Of a stretch of DNA of 42,027 nt, positions 37,877 to 42,027 are shown piece after piece. Under the pieces are notes generated by a model. That model was given only the letters and a program-made list of their open reading frames with translations, was not told where the DNA came from and did not search any database. The position numbers were made by a program, and so were the translations under genes. Position 1 is the stretch's first letter. Every line of letters starts with the position of its first letter. The stretch spans positions 1 to 42,027 of the IMG/VR virus record IMGVR_UViG_3300025368_000004, one strand, 5' to 3'. The DNA comes from a virus. Taxonomy: Duplodnaviria; Caudoviricetes.

Positions 37877-38054
37877 ACTTATCCCTAATATCTAGGAATA
37901 TTTCTGCTGACATAGCAAGGTAATGAATTTCAAGCGCAGACATTGTGCCTATTTCTTTTTTAAGAAATTCAAAGATTTTACGGGCACAAAACTCCGCTTG
38001 ATTACCCAAACGATTGTTAAAGTCTTCGGGGTCGTATTTCTCTATCAAGCCCAA
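37863..38054 (-). CDS. Hypothetical protein
   Basis: 63 aa, overlapping both neighbours in the operon. Confidence 0.6.
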   Translation of the reverse strand: MGLIEKYDPEDFNNRLGNQAEFCARKIFEFLKKEIGTMSALEIHYLAMSAEIFLDIRDKYGKK

Positions 38055-38689
38055 GGATCAGCAATGTTCTTGGCAGAGACTGATTCAATGTTTTTATCAA
38101 TCAAAGGCCAAATGTTTGCACCTTTTTCGCCAGTACAGTACATATATAACCCTCTTCCCTTTTCGGTCATTGATCCATCTTGTCTGCGTAACATTATTTC
38201 TTCTGTTCTTGGATCATCCCAAGAATATCTTTCAGGTACTGTTTGTCCGTATTTATTGATTCTTTCGCCTACTGCAACCATTTCAGTTGGACCCATAATC
38301 TGATATGTAATTACTCCATTATCATATTTACGGAACATAATTTGCACCTTCTTATCTGACTGCGGATGAGTCGGATGAGGCATATTAGTTGCATTGAAAT
38401 GATGAATTTCAGATTCTTCTGGGGGAAGACTATCGCTCCTTGAAGGAGGAAATGGTTTCTTTTCATCAATAGGAATAATGTCTTTCTTATCTACATACGG
38501 ATTGTCTGTAGTAATAAAGTCTTGAGGTACTTTCTTTCCCTCTAAAGCATTTTTCGCTGCTAAATATTGTTCTTCTTTTGGTTTACCAATAAGATCAAGT
38601 GCAATACCTGTCTTATCGTAAACAAATTGAGATAATTCTTTAGCCGTAGGTAAATCAGCCTTTAAGGCATCAATATCATAAACATCCAT
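38045..38689 (-). CDS. Hypothetical protein
   Basis: 214-aa clean ORF with AAGGGA RBS. Confidence 0.75.
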   Translation of the reverse strand: MDVYDIDALKADLPTAKELSQFVYDKTGIALDLIGKPKEEQYLAAKNALEGKKVPQDFITTDNPYVDKKDIIPIDEKKPFPPSRSDSLPPEESEIHHFNATNMPHPTHPQSDKKVQIMFRKYDNGVITYQIMGPTEMVAVGERINKYGQTVPERYSWDDPRTEEIMLRRQDGSMTEKGRGLYMYCTGEKGANIWPLIDKNIESVSAKNIADPWA

Positions 38690-38709
38690 TTCTATTCCCT
38701 TTATAAAAC

Positions 38710-39159
38710 TTATTCAGCCAAATAACCATGTTTTTTGGCATTTTCAATTGATTCTTTATCCATACTTACTGGAATTTTTTTTATTCCTTGATCTCTAAGA
38801 TATGCATAACGATGTCTTCCATCTCCAAAAACAGGAGTACCATTTGGTTTTATATAAACATTACTGGCTCTTATTGATTCAGCTTTTTTTACAAATTTAC
38901 CAAATTCTTTATATCTATCACCAATGCCACCTTCTCCTTTTTCTCCAACATAATTACTTGTTTTTGCAAAAACAGGATCAAATTTATCTGGATTCACATG
39001 AGCTAAAACGTCTTTATTACGTTTTTCTATTGGATGCATTGTGACAGGAACTTCTCTATTGTGAACATTTATTGTAGATTCTATTGGTTCTTCATTTTTA
39101 TTTTCTTGTTTATTTTCAGAACCAAAAAAAGAATTTATTTTATCTCTTGGTCTATTCAT
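38710..39159 (-). CDS. ParB/Srx-like domain protein
   Basis: VFGDGRHRYAYLRDQGIKKIPV motif. Confidence 0.7.
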   Translation of the reverse strand: MNRPRDKINSFFGSENKQENKNEEPIESTINVHNREVPVTMHPIEKRNKDVLAHVNPDKFDPVFAKTSNYVGEKGEGGIGDRYKEFGKFVKKAESIRASNVYIKPNGTPVFGDGRHRYAYLRDQGIKKIPVSMDKESIENAKKHGYLAE

Positions 39160-39163
39160 TTAA

Positions 39164-39508
39164 TTACTCTTTACGCATTTCTGCTTCGTACTTCTCTTTA
39201 GCTCTATCAGCATGATGATGTGCTAATTCGTTGTGTTCTTCAAGTCTTTCTTTCTCTGCATACCCTTGACCCATCCAAGATGCTGAATGGTGTGCATGAT
39301 GTGCGCCTAAATGTTCATGTTGTTTGCTTGCAGACTTAGTTAACTTATGAGCTAAGGCAGATGCTTCCTCAAAATGTTTACCACTTGCAGACTTATCATC
39401 TTCTTGGTTGTAGTCATTTCCTACTGCTTTCTTTGGTTTCTCTTTAGAAGGAGGAATTGCGCCACCCATAGTGCCAAAGAATGAATTGATTTTGTCTTGT
39501 GGTTTCAT
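39164..39508 (-). CDS. His/Ala-rich helical protein
   Basis: HEHLGAHHAHHSA...HNELAHHHA. Confidence 0.7.
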   Translation of the reverse strand: MKPQDKINSFFGTMGGAIPPSKEKPKKAVGNDYNQEDDKSASGKHFEEASALAHKLTKSASKQHEHLGAHHAHHSASWMGQGYAEKERLEEHNELAHHHADRAKEKYEAEMRKE

Positions 39509-39753
39509 TTAGGTTGTAACCTTGCTTTATCTTTAGAAGTTGTAAAAGATACTTTAGACCCTTTACGATCTGCATTAACATTGTTCATGTGTGGATCAGA
39601 GAAATCTTCATATGCCAAAGCCTTATTAGCTCTTTTAGCAATAGATTCTCCGTGGGCATGATCTTCAGCAAAACCTTCTAACTTATTGTTAATAGATTTA
39701 CTAACACCCTTAGACATTTGTTTACCACCGCTGATTACTTTTCCGTAGTTCAT
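39505..39753 (-). CDS. Small basic hypothetical protein
   Basis: 82 aa, coupled to the next ORF. Confidence 0.6.
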   Translation of the reverse strand: MNYGKVISGGKQMSKGVSKSINNKLEGFAEDHAHGESIAKRANKALAYEDFSDPHMNNVNADRKGSKVSFTTSKDKARLQPK

Positions 39754-39760
39754 AGTAATC

Positions 39761-40054
39761 TCACTTTAGGAAGTTAGTACGATCTGAGTTCATATAACCA
39801 TCATTATGAATCTTTCCATCATAAGGGGTTGGCTTGTGTAGCATTACTTTTTGATGTCTACCATTTACAACATTAGTGTTACTTGCACTAGGAGCAGCTT
39901 GATGCCCTTTCTCATAGTGAGTAGAACCTTTTTTAATAGTAACCGCAGTAACACCAGTACTATCACTCATGTGTACAGGGTTGTCTAAGCCACGCTTGAC
40001 TGCGTGTTGTTTCATCAGCGTAGGAGCTTTATTACCAGAAGTGTAATTACTCAT
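39761..40054 (-). CDS. Small basic hypothetical protein
   Basis: 97 aa, AAGGA RBS, ATGA overlap. Confidence 0.6.
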   Translation of the reverse strand: MSNYTSGNKAPTLMKQHAVKRGLDNPVHMSDSTGVTAVTIKKGSTHYEKGHQAAPSASNTNVVNGRHQKVMLHKPTPYDGKIHNDGYMNSDRTNFLK

Positions 40055-40203
40055 TTCTTTCCTTTAGGTTTACGTTTAGCTTCTGCCTCACGCTTTACCG
40101 AATACGCAATGGCTACGGCTTGAGACTCTTTTTTACCCGCTTCTCTTTCTTTAGCTACGTTTTTACCAAAAGCAGCCTTAGACTTTGATTTGATTAATGG
40201 CAT
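40051..40203 (-). CDS. Small basic protein (MPL...QAVAIA type, 50 aa)
   Basis: MPLIKSKSKAAFGKNVAKEREAGKKESQAVAIAYSVKREAEAKRKPKGKK; below the ORF-track cutoff. Confidence 0.7.
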   Translation of the reverse strand: MPLIKSKSKAAFGKNVAKEREAGKKESQAVAIAYSVKREAEAKRKPKGKK

Positions 40204-40554
40204 TTATTTTACCTTAGATAAAGATTCCATGAAAGCATCTAATGCACCATCAACGTCAGTTTCTTCTTTTTGGGTGACGTTTTGTACATAGTCTACAGTA
40301 ATTACAGGTGCTCTGCTAGATTCGTAGGAAGCCATCTTATCGGCTATCCTGGCTTTATCTTTGATATCTAGCTCATCACTTTGCATTGCTTCTATAAGGA
40401 TCTCCATAGCCGTTTTAAGAGGCGGTAATCCTTTTTCTATTCTTTCAATATTTAGTTTATTAAACAAAGCACCATATTCTGTAGCCTTGTTAACAACAGA
40501 ATCTGCCTTTTTAGCAGTCTTAGTTGTTGGCAATTTCGATACCTTTGATACCAT
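40204..40554 (-). CDS. Putative terminase small subunit
   Basis: TAMEILIEAMQSDE....K...A..MASY resembles TerS helical hairpins; upstream of terL. Confidence 0.5.
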   Translation of the reverse strand: MVSKVSKLPTTKTAKKADSVVNKATEYGALFNKLNIERIEKGLPPLKTAMEILIEAMQSDELDIKDKARIADKMASYESSRAPVITVDYVQNVTQKEETDVDGALDAFMESLSKVK

Positions 40555-41074
40555 TTAAACCCTCTTTAGTTCTAATCCAAGCATAACTACCTGACACCTT
40601 AAATCCTCTTTTTTCGTGAATTCTCATAAATCCTGAGTGATCAGAACGTATAGAAGTACTACAAACAACAGGAATACCATTTTGATAAGCCCAGAGAATA
40701 TGTTGATCAATCATAGCATTAATTAACTTAACCCGTGTCTTTGCAGGTAGGGTTAGGTCAACGTGGTGAAATTTGGCATTTGAGATCTCTTCATTAGAAT
40801 ATGTTGTATATCCGTAACGATCAAACCAACAAAATCCAAGTAGTTTGTCAGAGAATTCCCCAGTACCACTAATATTACCAACCCTTGCTACCGCTAGGAA
40901 TTCCTTAGATCTATCAAAGATTTGTACTGTACTGGCAACAGTAACATTCTTTCTGAAAATATATCTTTCCGTAGTTAATATATCCTCTACTTCATCTCCA
41001 AATATATTGTCTGCCATATTAACAATATCTTCTACATCATGTAGGGGATGTGCCAAGCTCCATTCAATTTCCAT
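40520..41074 (-). CDS. GNAT-fold-like protein
   Basis: KLLGFCW, FHHVD...R.KLI..MI...WA...GI..V and FMRIHEKRGF echo acetyltransferase motifs A/B. Confidence 0.5.
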   Translation of the reverse strand: MEIEWSLAHPLHDVEDIVNMADNIFGDEVEDILTTERYIFRKNVTVASTVQIFDRSKEFLAVARVGNISGTGEFSDKLLGFCWFDRYGYTTYSNEEISNAKFHHVDLTLPAKTRVKLINAMIDQHILWAYQNGIPVVCSTSIRSDHSGFMRIHEKRGFKVSGSYAWIRTKEGLNGIKGIEIANN

Positions 41075-41156
41075 ATCTACCTCCTTTTTATTTAGTATAC
41101 CAAATGTAATAAACCTATGATATAAACGACAGTTAATTCTTTACTTTAAGTTTATT

Positions 41157-42027
41157 ATGATAAAACATACTGACGAAGAGATCCTCGAGGCATTTCAAAA
41201 ACATGGAAATGCTAAAGCAGTCGCAAGGTTTTTGAAAATAGATTTAAGAAATCTAGTCAGAAGAAAACAAAGAATGGAAGAAAAGGGTTTTGTAATCCCA
41301 ACTGGTCATGTAGATTATCATAAGATAGAGAGAAAGATAGACCTTGGCATACTTAACGGATCAGTCGTCGTATTCTCAGATGCACATTTTTGGCCTGGCA
41401 TCCGCACTACTGCATTTAAAGGTTTACTATGGGCAATATCCACATTAGCACCCAAAGCAGTTATAGCTAACGGAGACATCTTTGACGGAGCTTCCATTTC
41501 TCGCCATGCCAGGATTGGTTGGGACAAAGCACCAAGCGTAATTGAAGAACTAAAGGCTTGTCAGGCTTGTATGTCAGAAATTGAAGAAGTAGCAAAAACT
41601 GCAAGACATAACGTAAAACTAGTCTGGCCTTTAGGCAACCATGATGCTAGGTTTGAGACTTATCTTGCTGCCAACGCACCTCAGTTTGAGCATACCGCAG
41701 GATTTAAGCTATCAGATCATTTCAATCTTTGGCAGAAGTGTTGGTCAGTATGGTTAAATGAATCTGTAATCGTTAAACACCGCAATAAGGGAGGTTTACA
41801 CGCTACCCACAATAATACGGCTCAATCGGGTGTATCAATGGTTACAGGACATCTACATTCTTTAAAAGTAACTCCATATGTTGATTACAACGGAGTTCGC
41901 TACGGGGTTGATACGGGTACTCTAGCCGATATATATGGTCCACAGTTTGAAAACTATTTAGAACAAAACCCTGTCAACTGGAGATCAGGGTTTGCCATAC
42001 TTACATTTAAAAATGGTGTCATGTTAA
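41157..42027 (+). CDS. Calcineurin-like metallophosphoesterase with N-terminal HTH (continues to 176; 315 aa in total)
   Basis: SDAH, NGDIFD, GNHD and GHLH motifs. Missed by the ORF track because it spans the junction. Confidence 0.85.
   Translation, partial: MIKHTDEEILEAFQKHGNAKAVARFLKIDLRNLVRRKQRMEEKGFVIPTGHVDYHKIERKIDLGILNGSVVVFSDAHFWPGIRTTAFKGLLWAISTLAPKAVIANGDIFDGASISRHARIGWDKAPSVIEELKACQACMSEIEEVAKTARHNVKLVWPLGNHDARFETYLAANAPQFEHTAGFKLSDHFNLWQKCWSVWLNESVIVKHRNKGGLHATHNNTAQSGVSMVTGHLHSLKVTPYVDYNGVRYGVDTGTLADIYGPQFENYLEQNPVNWRSGFAILTFKNGVML
41929..42027. repeat. Terminal direct repeat, copy 2
   Basis: Identical to 1-99. Confidence 0.95.

Noticed and set aside
1-42027. Stop-codon reassignment
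   Set aside because: Core genes are full length and tightly packed under the standard code; TAA, TAG and TGA all act as stops.

Overview
The window is an apparently complete, circularly assembled tailed-phage genome of about 41.9 kb; positions 1-99 are repeated at 41929-42027. Gene content is podovirus-like. One long minus-strand block (41074 to 10199) encodes terminase, portal, scaffold, major capsid, adaptor, collagen-repeat fibres with a GT2-TPR glycosyltransferase, nozzle, ejection proteins and a lysis cassette. The early and middle regions carry a beta-clamp-like gene, an ERF recombinase, SSB, RusA, a Mom-like DNA-modification enzyme and a Cro-like regulator. I see no integrase, repressor, polymerase, primase or helicase. 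A proteobacterial, possibly freshwater betaproteobacterial, host is an inference only. Highlights: (1) a 283-aa intein in the terminase Walker A motif whose HNH endonuclease is a complete separate gene on the antisense strand inside it, with its own RBS and -10 box; (2) a hairpin RNA whose loop is complementary to an RBS motif shared by four early genes; (3) a structured non-coding element where the replication initiator gene would be expected; (4) a likely -1 frameshift giving soluble and membrane-anchored isoforms in the lysis region; (5) a compact multi-stem RNA with two possible pseudoknots; (6) an AT-rich early island bounded by inverted G-tract motifs. All family calls come from reading motifs by eye; no database search was run.
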